The notes below the pieces were generated by a model. The model was not told the origin of the DNA. It worked only from the letters and a program-made list of their open reading frames with translations, and did no database searches. Positions 19,498-29,986 of a stretch of DNA of 39,167 nt are shown piece after piece (the first letter of the stretch is position 1; the number at the start of each line of letters is the position of its first letter). Position numbers and translations under genes: made by a program. This stretch comes from Promethearchaeia archaeon. GTDB lineage: Archaea; Asgardarchaeota; Lokiarchaeia; Sigyniarchaeales; SOKP01. The stretch is from positions 1 to 39,167 of the forward strand of contig JAHQWL010000049.1 of NCBI GenBank assembly GCA_029856155.1, read 5' to 3'.

Positions 19498-19905
19498 ATG
19501 ATAGAATCAGAAAAAGATAATTTATTTATACTATTTCAACAAACTATTGAAGCTGTAATAAAGGAAAAGGAAGAAAATCCCAAGAATGAAAAATTAATAA
19601 AAAAATTTAAAGCAAGAGTGATCATTGGCCTACAAATTGAAGAAGATTATTATTTTTGGATAAATTTAGTTGCCAATAATGGAAATTATTCCCTAGGAAA
19701 GGGAAAATTGGATGAGTTTGATTTAGAATTAAGAGCGGATCCTGAGGATTTAGTCTTTTTTGTAAACGGAGAGAATTCAGTAATTAATATGGTACTAAAA
19801 AAGAATCGATTTGGATTTAAGAAATTAAGATTCTCAAAAGGGTCAACTGGTAAACGCAACTTCGGAATTTTGTTAAAGCTTTCTAAAATTCTCGTTTTAG
19901 ATTGA
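19498..19905 (+). CDS. putative SCP2-like lipid-binding domain protein
   Basis: 135 aa; pattern WINLVANNGNYSLGKGKLDEFDLELRADPEDLVFFVNGENSVINMV resembles the SCP2 fold. Confidence 0.5.
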   Translation: MIESEKDNLFILFQQTIEAVIKEKEENPKNEKLIKKFKARVIIGLQIEEDYYFWINLVANNGNYSLGKGKLDEFDLELRADPEDLVFFVNGENSVINMVLKKNRFGFKKLRFSKGSTGKRNFGILLKLSKILVLD

Positions 19906-19924
19906 AGTACTTTTATAGAATGGG

Positions 19925-20554
19925 TTAATATTTTTTATAAATCTGGTTATTCTTAAAGGTAAAATAGAACTCTGAAACATTTATTTCTCTTTTTTTTTTA
20001 TCAATTTGGAAAAGTTTTATAATAATATCCTTAACGTTATTATCAATATATAATTCAATAAAGGAAGGAATTTTACTTGCTACAAATGACCACGCACCGG
20101 TCACACTTCCGGGATTTATTAATAGAATCCCTTCTCTTGTTAAAAAGACTTCCTCTTTATGGGTGTGTCCAGAAACTAATATATTATATCCTTTCTCTTG
20201 AGCAAGAATCTCTAATTGATCATGATCTCCTCGAGGACTTATCTGTGATCCATGAGTTAGACCTAATATTACTTTCTTATTATCTTCAAAAGAAATATCT
20301 AATTTTTGGTAAATAGGTGAATCACGATTCCCATAATAATAATCCATATTTCCAATTACTTTAAATAGAGTTCCCATGGTTTTTAGGTTTAAAAAATCAA
20401 TTAAATTAGGGAAATTAATTATATCCCCAGTAAAAAAAGTGTAATCAAAAAGCTCTGATTCTGTTATTTCATTTATTTTATCATATATTTGCTTAGGTAT
20501 GTCTTTTGCGCGATTGGGTACATGTGAATCTCCTATGCATAATATTCGAACCAT
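19925..20554 (-). CDS. Vps29/YfcE-family metallophosphoesterase
   Basis: IGDSHVPNRA, TGD, GNMD, THG, SGHTH, INPGSVTGAW, PSF. Confidence 0.85.
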   Translation of the reverse strand: MVRILCIGDSHVPNRAKDIPKQIYDKINEITESELFDYTFFTGDIINFPNLIDFLNLKTMGTLFKVIGNMDYYYGNRDSPIYQKLDISFEDNKKVILGLTHGSQISPRGDHDQLEILAQEKGYNILVSGHTHKEEVFLTREGILLINPGSVTGAWSFVASKIPSFIELYIDNNVKDIIIKLFQIDKKKREINVSEFYFTFKNNQIYKKY

Positions 20555-20562
20555 GATATAAT

Positions 20563-22041
20563 TTAGCTTTTGTTTTTATTCTTTGAATCTTGTACTAGTA
20601 TCCAAAAATTCTTAATCATATCTTCTAAACTTGGATAATTTGGAATATTATGTTCACTTAATAATCGTGAAACTTTACGGATTTCTCTAACTTCTCCAAT
20701 CAACCAGAAGAATATCGGTTTAGAATGATGATTTATATGATCAATCATATTTTCATAATTATTAATTGCTCGAAAGCGACTTGAACAAAACATCATATTA
20801 AGAACACCTTCAATCTTATCATCGTTTAATAAAAGGTCGTATACAGAATTCACAAGCTCACCAGGGTTCATGTTAGTCATCATCGCTTTTTCCATTGCGG
20901 GCCAAATATCTACAAGTGCAAATCTATTTGGCGGCATCCATTCTGGAAATACTTCAACAAGTTTAGTATATATACTCTCATCTAAATTAGGGAATTTTAA
21001 ACCATATTCAACAATAAGATCGGCAGAAATTGTTCCTGCTCCTCCTGAACCAGCAACTAGTGCGACATTACCTTGTTTTGGCATTATTATTTTTTCTCGG
21101 TATAGCATTGAAAATGTTCGAGCAAATTGAAAGAGTTCAAAGAAATTTCTCGCTTGAATTACACCAGATTGTTTTATTATTGCTTTGATTAATTGTGAAT
21201 TTTCTGCTAGTGATCCAGTATGACTTAAAGAAGCTTTTTGACCCTGTGAAGTTAATCCCCCTTTCACAAGAATAATTGTTTTGTTTGGTATTTTTCTCGC
21301 TTTCTTACATAATTCGATAAATTTTCTTGGATCCTTAAATGATTCAAGATACACAGCTATAACATTTACAGTTGGATCGTCAATAAAGTATTCTAAAAAT
21401 TCAATTTCGCTTAAATCCATTTTGTTTCCTATTGAACACGAATATCTAATACCTAAGTCTGGATATTTCTCCATCATATACATCAAATATCCCCCATTTA
21501 ACATCCCTGACTGACTGATTATAGCAATATTACCAGTTCTATATTTGTAAAAAACACCAAAACTTGTAAAAAATCCGCCTTTATCATTAGGTTCTGCATC
21601 ACTATCTCCATCAATCCGAGTAAGGCCCATACAATTTGGTCCCATAATTCGGATTTTCGAAAAATTATCAGTAATTTTTAGTATCTGGTCTCTTAACTCT
21701 AGACCCTTTGCACCTACTTCTTCAAATCCTGAGGCTTCAATAATAGCACCTTTAATCCCTTTCTGGATACATTCATTTAGTATATGCGGTATTTTACGAT
21801 TTGGAACATAAAATACAGCTAAATCTACCTTTTCTTCAATATCTAAAACTGACTTCTTAAATTCTAATCCAAATACCTCTCCCTCTGAAGTAGGATTTAT
21901 TGGATAAATTTTACCTTTAAAGTTGTTTGTAACAAGATTTTCTAATATTCGATGCCCGCCTTTCATTGGGTTTTTTGAAGCGCCAATTACTGCCACAGAC
22001 TTTGGATTTAAAAATAGCTCAATAATTTTATTTTCTGTCAA
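20563..22041 (-). CDS. acyl/acetate-CoA ligase (ADP-forming) alpha subunit
   Basis: NPKSVAVIGAS, YPINP, GPNCMG, ISQSG, SIGNKMD, YLES, phospho-His SHTGSLA, SGGAG. Confidence 0.88.
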   Translation of the reverse strand: MTENKIIELFLNPKSVAVIGASKNPMKGGHRILENLVTNNFKGKIYPINPTSEGEVFGLEFKKSVLDIEEKVDLAVFYVPNRKIPHILNECIQKGIKGAIIEASGFEEVGAKGLELRDQILKITDNFSKIRIMGPNCMGLTRIDGDSDAEPNDKGGFFTSFGVFYKYRTGNIAIISQSGMLNGGYLMYMMEKYPDLGIRYSCSIGNKMDLSEIEFLEYFIDDPTVNVIAVYLESFKDPRKFIELCKKARKIPNKTIILVKGGLTSQGQKASLSHTGSLAENSQLIKAIIKQSGVIQARNFFELFQFARTFSMLYREKIIMPKQGNVALVAGSGGAGTISADLIVEYGLKFPNLDESIYTKLVEVFPEWMPPNRFALVDIWPAMEKAMMTNMNPGELVNSVYDLLLNDDKIEGVLNMMFCSSRFRAINNYENMIDHINHHSKPIFFWLIGEVREIRKVSRLLSEHNIPNYPSLEDMIKNFWILVQDSKNKNKS

Positions 22042-22074
22042 CTTTATACCTATCTATATTTAAACTTCGTTCAA

Positions 22075-23178
22075 TTAATATTTTGTATATACTTTTTGAA
22101 CAAATTGATATAATTTCTTGGCGTTTTCATTGCTCTTAAAATGATCTATAACGGGAGCTAAAAATTGGTTAATATATTTAACAACGGCATGTTTTAAATC
22201 AGGAGGATTCAACATACCTTCTGAATAATCTCTTTCCAACTCCTCATAGGAATTATATTTAATATTTCCTCCGTATTTTTCAGGTCGTTCAATTTTAAAG
22301 ACATCAATAAGTTCAAATATGATATATTTGCAATATTCTAAAATCGGATTTTCTTCAGTTTGTTTAGGTGGACAATATGCTTTATTTATCTTACGTTTTA
22401 CATCAGTAGGTGTATCTAACATGAATATTGATGAATCAGGGTCAGATTTAGACATTTTAAGATCTATGGTTCTATCTATACCAGATAAATCTGTAGCGGG
22501 GGGCTTTAAACCCATTAACATATGATGATGGATTGCAGCTGGTTTTGGTTTATTCAACTTCTTTGCCACCTCTCTTGCCAACATATTTACCTTTCTTTGA
22601 TCCATTCCAAGCTGACATATATCTGCTGGAAGATAAAAAATATCTGCTGTTTGCATCAGGGGGTATAATATTTGAGAAGCGTATAATTTATCAGATTCAC
22701 TTCTTCCCATTATCTGAGTGCATCTTTTAACTCGTTTTAAAGTTGTTTCTATCCCTATTTTTAGTACTAATTCCCAATATTCAGGATTTTTTACTAAATC
22801 TGAAGCATATATAAATTCTACTTTAGTTAAATCCATACCAGATACTTTCCATAGTTCAATGAAAAAATCTCCAACTCTTTTGATTATTTCTAAATTTCCA
22901 CCAAATTTTTTGTTCGCTGCTGCATGCCAATCTGCTATTAGAAATTTGAATCTAATTCCCGTTCTTGTTATTTTATTCACATTTATAGCTCTTAAAAGTC
23001 CTTGAGCAATATGAATATTACCAGAAGGCTCAAAACCATCATAAGCATATACTTTTTCGTTATGTTCTGTTTTCCATTGGATCATTTCTCTTAATTCATC
23101 TAATGTGATAATTTCTTCTCCAACTTCTTTTAATAAAGCAATTTTTTCATCTAAAGTCAAAGACATATTATCATTCAC
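22075..23178 (-). CDS. tyrS: tyrosyl-tRNA synthetase (archaeal/eukaryotic type)
   Basis: YDGFEPSG, HIAQ (HIGH), IADWHA, YPLMQ, LGMDQRK, KMSKS. Confidence 0.95.
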   Translation of the reverse strand: MNDNMSLTLDEKIALLKEVGEEIITLDELREMIQWKTEHNEKVYAYDGFEPSGNIHIAQGLLRAINVNKITRTGIRFKFLIADWHAAANKKFGGNLEIIKRVGDFFIELWKVSGMDLTKVEFIYASDLVKNPEYWELVLKIGIETTLKRVKRCTQIMGRSESDKLYASQILYPLMQTADIFYLPADICQLGMDQRKVNMLAREVAKKLNKPKPAAIHHHMLMGLKPPATDLSGIDRTIDLKMSKSDPDSSIFMLDTPTDVKRKINKAYCPPKQTEENPILEYCKYIIFELIDVFKIERPEKYGGNIKYNSYEELERDYSEGMLNPPDLKHAVVKYINQFLAPVIDHFKSNENAKKLYQFVQKVYTKY

Positions 23179-23327
23179 TAAACATTTTATAAATTAGTAA
23201 ATTATTTGATTGATAAAACCTTTACGGAATTTAGAAATTCATTAGTAATCTTTAATATTTTATTATCGGATATGAAATTTAGATTATATATGCAATTTTC
23301 AAGATTGAATATTTGTAGAATTAGTTA

Positions 23328-23858
23328 CTAATTTTTTTTTCGATAGAGAAATCCTGGAAGCCATAAAATCATACCAAATAAGGCTCCTAATAAAAAAGTA
23401 ATTGAATCCCCCCACAGAAAAATTTTATAAATAATAGTTATAATAAGAACCATAATTCCAATTAGAAATCTTAATGGATGTTTAAATCGACTATTTGTAA
23501 CTTGATGAAATAAATAAAAAAATAATATAATTGCATGACCACTAAACGGAATACTTATAATATATCGAATGAAAGAAAAGAAACCAACGATTATACATTC
23601 AATAAACAATAATATATATGTTTTTCGCTCTTTTTTCTCATTCCAGAGCCAAATTACCTCACCTATTAAAATCCCATAAGGAACAAAAATTGAAATCATA
23701 TATAATGGGGGGGTAGAGATATTTAATGTCTCGGTAGCAGTATTAACTAAAGGATAACCTCTAATAGAGAAGAATATTACTGAAAGAATAACAATTATCA
23801 ATCCAGTTCCATAGATAATAATTAGTTCCTTCGTTGAAGTGACCGTTTTAATTATCAT
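23328..23858 (-). CDS. hypothetical membrane protein (about 5-6 TM)
   Basis: 176-aa hydrophobic ORF containing PFSGH, weakly like the PAP2 PSGH motif. Confidence 0.6.
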   Translation of the reverse strand: MIIKTVTSTKELIIIYGTGLIIVILSVIFFSIRGYPLVNTATETLNISTPPLYMISIFVPYGILIGEVIWLWNEKKERKTYILLFIECIIVGFFSFIRYIISIPFSGHAIILFFYLFHQVTNSRFKHPLRFLIGIMVLIITIIYKIFLWGDSITFLLGALFGMILWLPGFLYRKKN

Positions 23859-23941
23859 AATCTTTAGAATGTATTATCATTTAAATTTACAAAATTTAAA
23901 GCGATAATAAATAAGATAATCAATAAAAATTTAAGGAATAC

Positions 23942-26635
23942 TTATTTTTGTTGTTGCTCAATTGCAGCTTGAGCTGCTGCAATTATAGCTACGGGAATTC
24001 TATATGGAGAACAAGAAACATAATTTAAACCGATAGTATGTGCAAACTTTATTGAACTTGGGTCTCCTCCATGCTCACCACATATACCTAATTTCAAATC
24101 TGGTCTAGTCTTTCTTCCTAATTCAATAGCTATTTTCATTAACTTTCCAACACCATCTTGATCGAGAATTTCAAAGGGATTATTCTCTAAAATATCCTTG
24201 TTTAAATAAATAGGGAGAAATTTACCTTCGGCGTCATCGCGAGAGAAACCATAAGTCATCTGTGTTAAATCATTTGTGCCGAACGAAAAGAATTCCGCTT
24301 CAATTGCGATTTCATCCGCTGTTAAAGCTGCTCTGGGGATTTCGATCATCGTCCCGAATTTGTATTCTAAGTCTACGTTCGAATCCTTGATAATCTCTTC
24401 GGCAATCTCAAGAAGCTGCGATTTAACCAATTGCAACTCTGAAAGCATTCCAACAAGAGGAATCATGACCTCAGGTATTACTTCAATGCCTTGTTGTTTG
24501 AGTTCACAAGCTGCTTCGAAAATAGCTCTCACCTGCATCTCGTTGATTTCTGGCCATACAATTCCTAATCTACAGCCTCTCAGGCCCATCATGGGGTTCT
24601 CTTCAGAGAGAGACCTGATCAGGCTAATAACTTTACTCTTTTTCTTAATTTCAGCATCAAGTGGACTTGTACCTAATAATGTATTAGATAAGGCATTTGT
24701 CATTTTGAGTTCTTGGCTTTCTAACATAACAGTAGATAACTCCGGTAAAAACTCATGCAAAGGCGGGTCTAGCAATCGTATTGTTACAGGTTTCCCTTCC
24801 ATAATTTTAAAAATTTCATAAAAATCACCCCTCTGCATTGGAAGTAGCTTATTTAATGCCTCCTGTCGTTCTTCTGTTTTTCTTGCCATAATCATATTCT
24901 GAACAATGGGCAGACGAGAAATGTCCATGAACATATGCTCTGTTCTTGTAAGTCCAATTCCTTCAGCTCCAAATTCTATTGCTTTTCGGGCATCAGTAGG
25001 GGTATCAGCATTAGCCCTCACACCCAAAGTCTTTATCTCATCTGCTATTTTTAATAATTCAAGGAACTCTCCTCTAATTTCAGGCTCAATTAAGGGAACT
25101 TTTCCCTCGATAACCCTGCCTGTTGTTCCATCTATTGTAATCCAAGTTCCTTCGCTAACGACCATTTCATCAACTCGAAATTGCCTATTTTCTTCGTCAA
25201 TTTCAACATCTTGAGCTCCTACAACAGCAGGTTTGCCCATTCCTCTCGCAACTACTGCTGCATGTGAAGTTTTTCCACCAAATTGAGTCAATACACCACT
25301 TGAAGCATAAAGCCCATGTACATCTTCAGGTTTTGTTTGAGGACGTACTAAGATAATTTCTTTTTCGCCTTGATTTGCTAATTCTTCTGCTCTATCGGAG
25401 TCAAAAATTGCTTTTCCAGAAACCGCTCCCGGAGATGCATTAATTCCATGAGCTAAAACATGTACAATGGAATTCTCATCAATACTTTTAAATAATAATT
25501 TAGCAACCTTGTTAGGATCAATACTCATTATTGCCTCTTCTTTTGTAATGGAACCTTCTTTGACCATGTCAACAGCAATTTTGACTGCTGCTGATGGCGT
25601 TCTTTTCCCATTTCGTGTTTGTAGTATGTTTAATTTCCCATCTTCAATAGTAAATTCAATATCTTGCATATCTCTATAATGATTTTCCAGTTTATCCATT
25701 GTCTCCAATAATTCTTTATATATTTCTGGAAATTCTTCCCCTAATGTTTCTAATTTTTTAGGAGTTCTTATCCCAGCAACTACATCTTCTCCTTGTGCAT
25801 TTGTTAAGTATTCACCGAATTTTGTGTTATCTCCTGTAGATGGATCTCTTGTAAAGGCGACTCCTGTAGCAGAATTCCAACCTTTATTTCCAAATACCAT
25901 TGCTTGGATATTCACAGCTGTACCAAAATCAGGGATATTGTTAATTTTTCTATAAGTAATAGCTCTTCTGTTATTCCAAGATTTAAATACAGCTTCAATT
26001 GCTAAAAATAATTGTGTAGATGGATCTTGCGGAAAAGGAGACCCAATCTCTTTCTCATATAGAGCTTTATAATCAGCAATAACTTTTTGTAAATCATTTG
26101 CTTCTAAATCTGTATCCTGAGCATTTCGGTCTATAGCTCTTTTATATTTATCTAAAATCCTCTCGAATTTTGCATCTCCAATTCCCATACAAACATCTCC
26201 GAACATTTGTAGAAATCTCCTCCATGAATCATAAGCAAATCTCGGATTGTCTGTTTGTTTAGCTAATCCTAAGACACTCTCATCATTTAAACCCAGATTG
26301 AGCACTGTATCCATCATTCCTGGCATACTTATGGGTGCTCCAGATCGAACACTAACAAGTAAGGGATTATTTTTATCGCCAAACTTCTTACCAGTAATTT
26401 TTTCAAGCATTTTTAAATGCTCAATTACTTTTGGCCTTAAATCTTTCATTATTTTTTCTGGGTTTCCAAAATAAAGTAAACACGCCTCGGTTGTTATTGT
26501 GAAACCGGGGGGAATATTAAGACCTAAATTAGTCATTTCAGCTAAATTAGCACCCTTTCCACCAAGGAGATTCTTTAAATTCTTATTGCCTTCACTAAAA
26601 TCATAGACAAATTTTTTATTTTCAGTGGTTGTCAT
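23942..26635 (-). CDS. ppdK: pyruvate, phosphate dikinase
   Basis: LLGGKGANLAEM, PLLVSVRSGA, MPGMMDTVLNLG, AQGEDVVAGIRTP, GGKTSHAAVVAR, TNDLTQ, GICGEHGG. Confidence 0.97.
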   Translation of the reverse strand: MTTTENKKFVYDFSEGNKNLKNLLGGKGANLAEMTNLGLNIPPGFTITTEACLLYFGNPEKIMKDLRPKVIEHLKMLEKITGKKFGDKNNPLLVSVRSGAPISMPGMMDTVLNLGLNDESVLGLAKQTDNPRFAYDSWRRFLQMFGDVCMGIGDAKFERILDKYKRAIDRNAQDTDLEANDLQKVIADYKALYEKEIGSPFPQDPSTQLFLAIEAVFKSWNNRRAITYRKINNIPDFGTAVNIQAMVFGNKGWNSATGVAFTRDPSTGDNTKFGEYLTNAQGEDVVAGIRTPKKLETLGEEFPEIYKELLETMDKLENHYRDMQDIEFTIEDGKLNILQTRNGKRTPSAAVKIAVDMVKEGSITKEEAIMSIDPNKVAKLLFKSIDENSIVHVLAHGINASPGAVSGKAIFDSDRAEELANQGEKEIILVRPQTKPEDVHGLYASSGVLTQFGGKTSHAAVVARGMGKPAVVGAQDVEIDEENRQFRVDEMVVSEGTWITIDGTTGRVIEGKVPLIEPEIRGEFLELLKIADEIKTLGVRANADTPTDARKAIEFGAEGIGLTRTEHMFMDISRLPIVQNMIMARKTEERQEALNKLLPMQRGDFYEIFKIMEGKPVTIRLLDPPLHEFLPELSTVMLESQELKMTNALSNTLLGTSPLDAEIKKKSKVISLIRSLSEENPMMGLRGCRLGIVWPEINEMQVRAIFEAACELKQQGIEVIPEVMIPLVGMLSELQLVKSQLLEIAEEIIKDSNVDLEYKFGTMIEIPRAALTADEIAIEAEFFSFGTNDLTQMTYGFSRDDAEGKFLPIYLNKDILENNPFEILDQDGVGKLMKIAIELGRKTRPDLKLGICGEHGGDPSSIKFAHTIGLNYVSCSPYRIPVAIIAAAQAAIEQQQK

Positions 26636-26808
26636 GTTATTTTACCAAAATCTCTGTAATCAACACATTTAGATAAGATAAAAACAACAGTTTTAGTTTT
26701 TATAGTTTACCTAGATAACTTGTAAAACATTTATTATAATAGTAATTCCATAAAGGAAATAAAATTTTCGAAAAATAGAATTATATCATTGTACATATCA
26801 ATTACTTG

Positions 26809-27642
26809 TTATTTAAATTCTTTTAAAAGTTCCCAAATTCCATTTATAATGAAATCGGGTTTAAAATCACTATTTTTAATCGCATCCATGGTTATTTCAC
26901 CGGATAATACGCAACAAGTTGTTACTCCCGCTTCCTTTCCCATTTTTATATCAGTATAAAGACGATCTCCAAATATAATTGCATTTTTAGGAGAAGTACC
27001 TAATTCGTTCAACTTAAAAAGAAGCATTTCTTTATTTGGTTTTCCGAAAACGATCGGCATTCTCTCTGTGGCTTTGTAGAGAAGAGCAGCTATTCCTCCT
27101 GCATCGGGGATATATCCAGTTTCAGTAGGACATCTATTATCAAGATGGGTTGCGATATAAGGAAAATTTTCTTTTTGAAGTATATAAGCAGCTCTTACTA
27201 AACGATTATAAGTAAGCTCTTGATCAAAAGCAAGCACCAAAATTTGTGGTTCTTCTTCTGTTAATTCAAATCCTTCATTCCTAAATTCATTTTTAAGAGA
27301 TTGGGTTCCTAATAAGAATATTTTTTTATAGTTGTTTTTTTTTAGAAATTCTATTGTGGGGTGTTGTGATAAAATAAGATTATCTCGATTTATTTTTAGA
27401 TTATATTTATTTAATTTTTTCAGGTAATCTTCAGTTGATTTACTTGAATTATTTGAAAGAAAGAAAAATTTTTTCTCTTGTTTTTTCAAAAGTTCAATTA
27501 GCTCAGGAACACCTTTAAACAGTTTGTTTCCTAAGTAGAGTGTACCATCTAAATCAAAGAAATAGACTTGCTTGGTTGTTAATTCAAATAAATTATTGGT
27601 GATATTATCCATTATACTTTTTAAAAGCTTTTTAAGATTCAA
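26809..27642 (-). CDS. HAD-IIA (NagD-like) phosphatase
   Basis: FDLDGTLY, LSNNS, GKP, GDRLYTDI, VLSG. Confidence 0.9.
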   Translation of the reverse strand: MNLKKLLKSIMDNITNNLFELTTKQVYFFDLDGTLYLGNKLFKGVPELIELLKKQEKKFFFLSNNSSKSTEDYLKKLNKYNLKINRDNLILSQHPTIEFLKKNNYKKIFLLGTQSLKNEFRNEGFELTEEEPQILVLAFDQELTYNRLVRAAYILQKENFPYIATHLDNRCPTETGYIPDAGGIAALLYKATERMPIVFGKPNKEMLLFKLNELGTSPKNAIIFGDRLYTDIKMGKEAGVTTCCVLSGEITMDAIKNSDFKPDFIINGIWELLKEFK

Positions 27643-27677
27643 TAAAAAAGAAAAAAATAATAAAATTTCATTTTATT

Positions 27678-28100
27678 TTAGTAAAATTCAGTGTCTATCA
27701 TTGTGGTAGAAACTACAAGTTCTTGTGCAGCTCTTGTAGCTCTAAGAACTTTTGCCATATCGCCTTTAAGTTTAAACTTTCCAGCGAGTAAACCTCGTAT
27801 TGGATCTAATTCCTTTTTTAAGACTTGTACCCAAGCATCATAAGGTCCTGAATATACATATTCTGTCTCGACGTCCTCGCCTTTTTCAACTATTCTAGCT
27901 CCTGTACATTCTCCATGGTAAAGTCCTACAAACATTCTAATTTCATGGTCTAAATTCCCAGAAGGTTCTACAATGAAGAGAAAATCTCCTTCCCATCCAT
28001 CAGGTGGAAATCCATCTGGTCCGGCGGCATCTTTATAATTTGCATTATCATTAAGTGCCTTACAATACGCGTTAGCCCATTCTGGCGTTCCAAATTTCAT
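27678..28100 (-). CDS. SCP2 sterol/lipid-binding domain protein
   Basis: FGTPEW...LN, WEGD, LYHGEC, W..VLKKELDPIRGLLAGKFKLKGD. ATG 28100 follows a GAGTGA SD motif that contains the track's GTG. Confidence 0.85.
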   Translation of the reverse strand: MKFGTPEWANAYCKALNDNANYKDAAGPDGFPPDGWEGDFLFIVEPSGNLDHEIRMFVGLYHGECTGARIVEKGEDVETEYVYSGPYDAWVQVLKKELDPIRGLLAGKFKLKGDMAKVLRATRAAQELVVSTTMIDTEFY

Positions 28101-28245
28101 TTTTATCACTCTATTTTTTTTTTTTTAACTTTTGAATATTTTATTTATTTTAAATTTTAATTGATTTTTATAGGTAATCTATTTTTTAATCAGATGAGTA
28201 AAATAAAAAATGTTAAATTAAATTTATTTAGATTTTATATTCAAG

Positions 28246-29946
28246 TTATTTAATTTCTCCTCTTTCCTTCATTTTAGCGATTTCCTCGTCTCTAAGTTTT
28301 CGCTTAAAAATTTTCATAGCTAATGTTAATGGTAAAGTTTTCCGAAACTCAACATATTTTGGCACAGCATAGGGTGGAAATTTTTCTCTGCAGTACTCAA
28401 TAATTTCATCTGCAGTTGTTTGTTTAAATCCTGGATTTAATTGAATAAAAGCTTTTACTCGTTCACTTCCAGGACGTTCTGGATCTGGAAGCCCAATTAT
28501 AGCGACTTCATTAACCGCGGGATGTTCATATAAAAGATCTTCAAACACTCTAGAATATACTTTCATACCTGATACACTGATCATATCCTTAATTCGATCG
28601 ACTATATAGAAGTATCCATCCTCATCCATTTTACCAATATCTCCAGTTGCAATCCATCCATCTTCAGTTAATCCTTTACCCGGAGTGGGCCAATATCCTT
28701 TCATTAGTTGGGGACCTCGGACAAGTATTTCTCCAGGTTCTCCAAATGGAACCTCTTCCCCTGTTTCTGGTTCGACTATTTTAACATCAGTGTCAGGAAC
28801 CGGTACTCCAACACTTCTTTTAACTTCTGCCATAAATCCTGTAACTTTTGAAAGACCGGAAAGATTTAAATGAGTTACAGCTGATTCAGTCATCCCATAA
28901 CCCTCACCTAATGGTACTCCTGTTTTTTTCTCAAATTTCTCGGCGATTTCAGGAGGAAGTGCTGATGCAGCAGAATAATAAAAAATTGGCATCTTTGGCA
29001 TATCTCTCTCAGTAAGAATCATGTAATGAGTAGGAACCGCACAAACCATGAAGGGTCGATGTTTTTTTATAATTTCTAGGATTTTATTAATATCCCTTGG
29101 ATCAACCAAAAACATATTCATACCCATATAAATACCAGCGAACACCATCATATGTCCATATTGATGAAATATAGGAACACAAATTAATAAAGAAGCTTTT
29201 CCTTTTATTCCTGCTTCCAATGGTTTAATATACCACTGGAATGTCTGAATAACTGTTGTAGTAACATTAAAATGAGTTAACATTGTACCTTTTGGAACAC
29301 CCGTAGTACCTCCGGTAAAGGGTAATTCTGCAAGATCCTCTTTTGGATTAATCTGAACCTCAGGGGGATTTGGTTCATATTTATTCATTAAATCCTCGAA
29401 TTTAATACCCCCATAAGTTTCTTTTATCTCTGGGAATGAATAATCAGGGAAAATAGGAACAAGAGTATAAATCATTGTTTTGATACTTGTTTTTTCTTTT
29501 ATATCATTTACACGTTCAAGACGTCTATAGGAGCATATAACAGTTTCAGCTTTTGATTCTCCTAATTCATATAGTAAATCTGGAGATTTATGCAATATAC
29601 TGAGAGGAACATGAATCGCACCTAAACGTAAAATAGCAAAATCACTAATAATATATTGTGGACAATTTGGTAGAATTGTAGCAACTCTATCCCCCTTTTT
29701 CACACCTAAATCTGATAAAGCAGTCGCAAATTTATCTACTTGTAATTTTAATTCCTTGTATGTTATTACATCATCCATAAAACTAATCGCTTTACTATCA
29801 GGAAAGGTGGTTGCCGTATCTTCAAGAAATTTATATGCTGATATTTCGGGAAATGGTTCCATAGTCTCAGCTAGTTTAAAAGGTCCAAGTTTATAACTCT
29901 TTTTCCATGGTTTATCAGCATATGTTAACTTTTTTTCTTCAGTCAC
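28246..29946 (-). CDS. long-chain acyl-CoA ligase (AMP-forming)
   Basis: FTGGTTGVPKG, EGYGMTES, GEILVRGPQLMKGYW, TGDIG, IVDRIKDMI. Confidence 0.92.
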   Translation of the reverse strand: MTEEKKLTYADKPWKKSYKLGPFKLAETMEPFPEISAYKFLEDTATTFPDSKAISFMDDVITYKELKLQVDKFATALSDLGVKKGDRVATILPNCPQYIISDFAILRLGAIHVPLSILHKSPDLLYELGESKAETVICSYRRLERVNDIKEKTSIKTMIYTLVPIFPDYSFPEIKETYGGIKFEDLMNKYEPNPPEVQINPKEDLAELPFTGGTTGVPKGTMLTHFNVTTTVIQTFQWYIKPLEAGIKGKASLLICVPIFHQYGHMMVFAGIYMGMNMFLVDPRDINKILEIIKKHRPFMVCAVPTHYMILTERDMPKMPIFYYSAASALPPEIAEKFEKKTGVPLGEGYGMTESAVTHLNLSGLSKVTGFMAEVKRSVGVPVPDTDVKIVEPETGEEVPFGEPGEILVRGPQLMKGYWPTPGKGLTEDGWIATGDIGKMDEDGYFYIVDRIKDMISVSGMKVYSRVFEDLLYEHPAVNEVAIIGLPDPERPGSERVKAFIQLNPGFKQTTADEIIEYCREKFPPYAVPKYVEFRKTLPLTLAMKIFKRKLRDEEIAKMKERGEIK

Positions 29947-29986
29947 GATTTATTCGCCCTCATTTTAACGTGATTATTTTTATTAA

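Noticed and set aside
23179-23327. Tyr leader or T-box upstream of tyrS
   Set aside because: No Tyr-rich uORF, T-box motif or stable hairpin seen.
24276-26474. Antisense ORFs within ppdK (up to 181 aa) and similar short ORFs inside radA, ftcD, hut, LRR, tyrS, aor, pheT and rph
   Set aside because: Fully nested in conserved genes with no motifs; expected shadow or alternate-frame ORFs.
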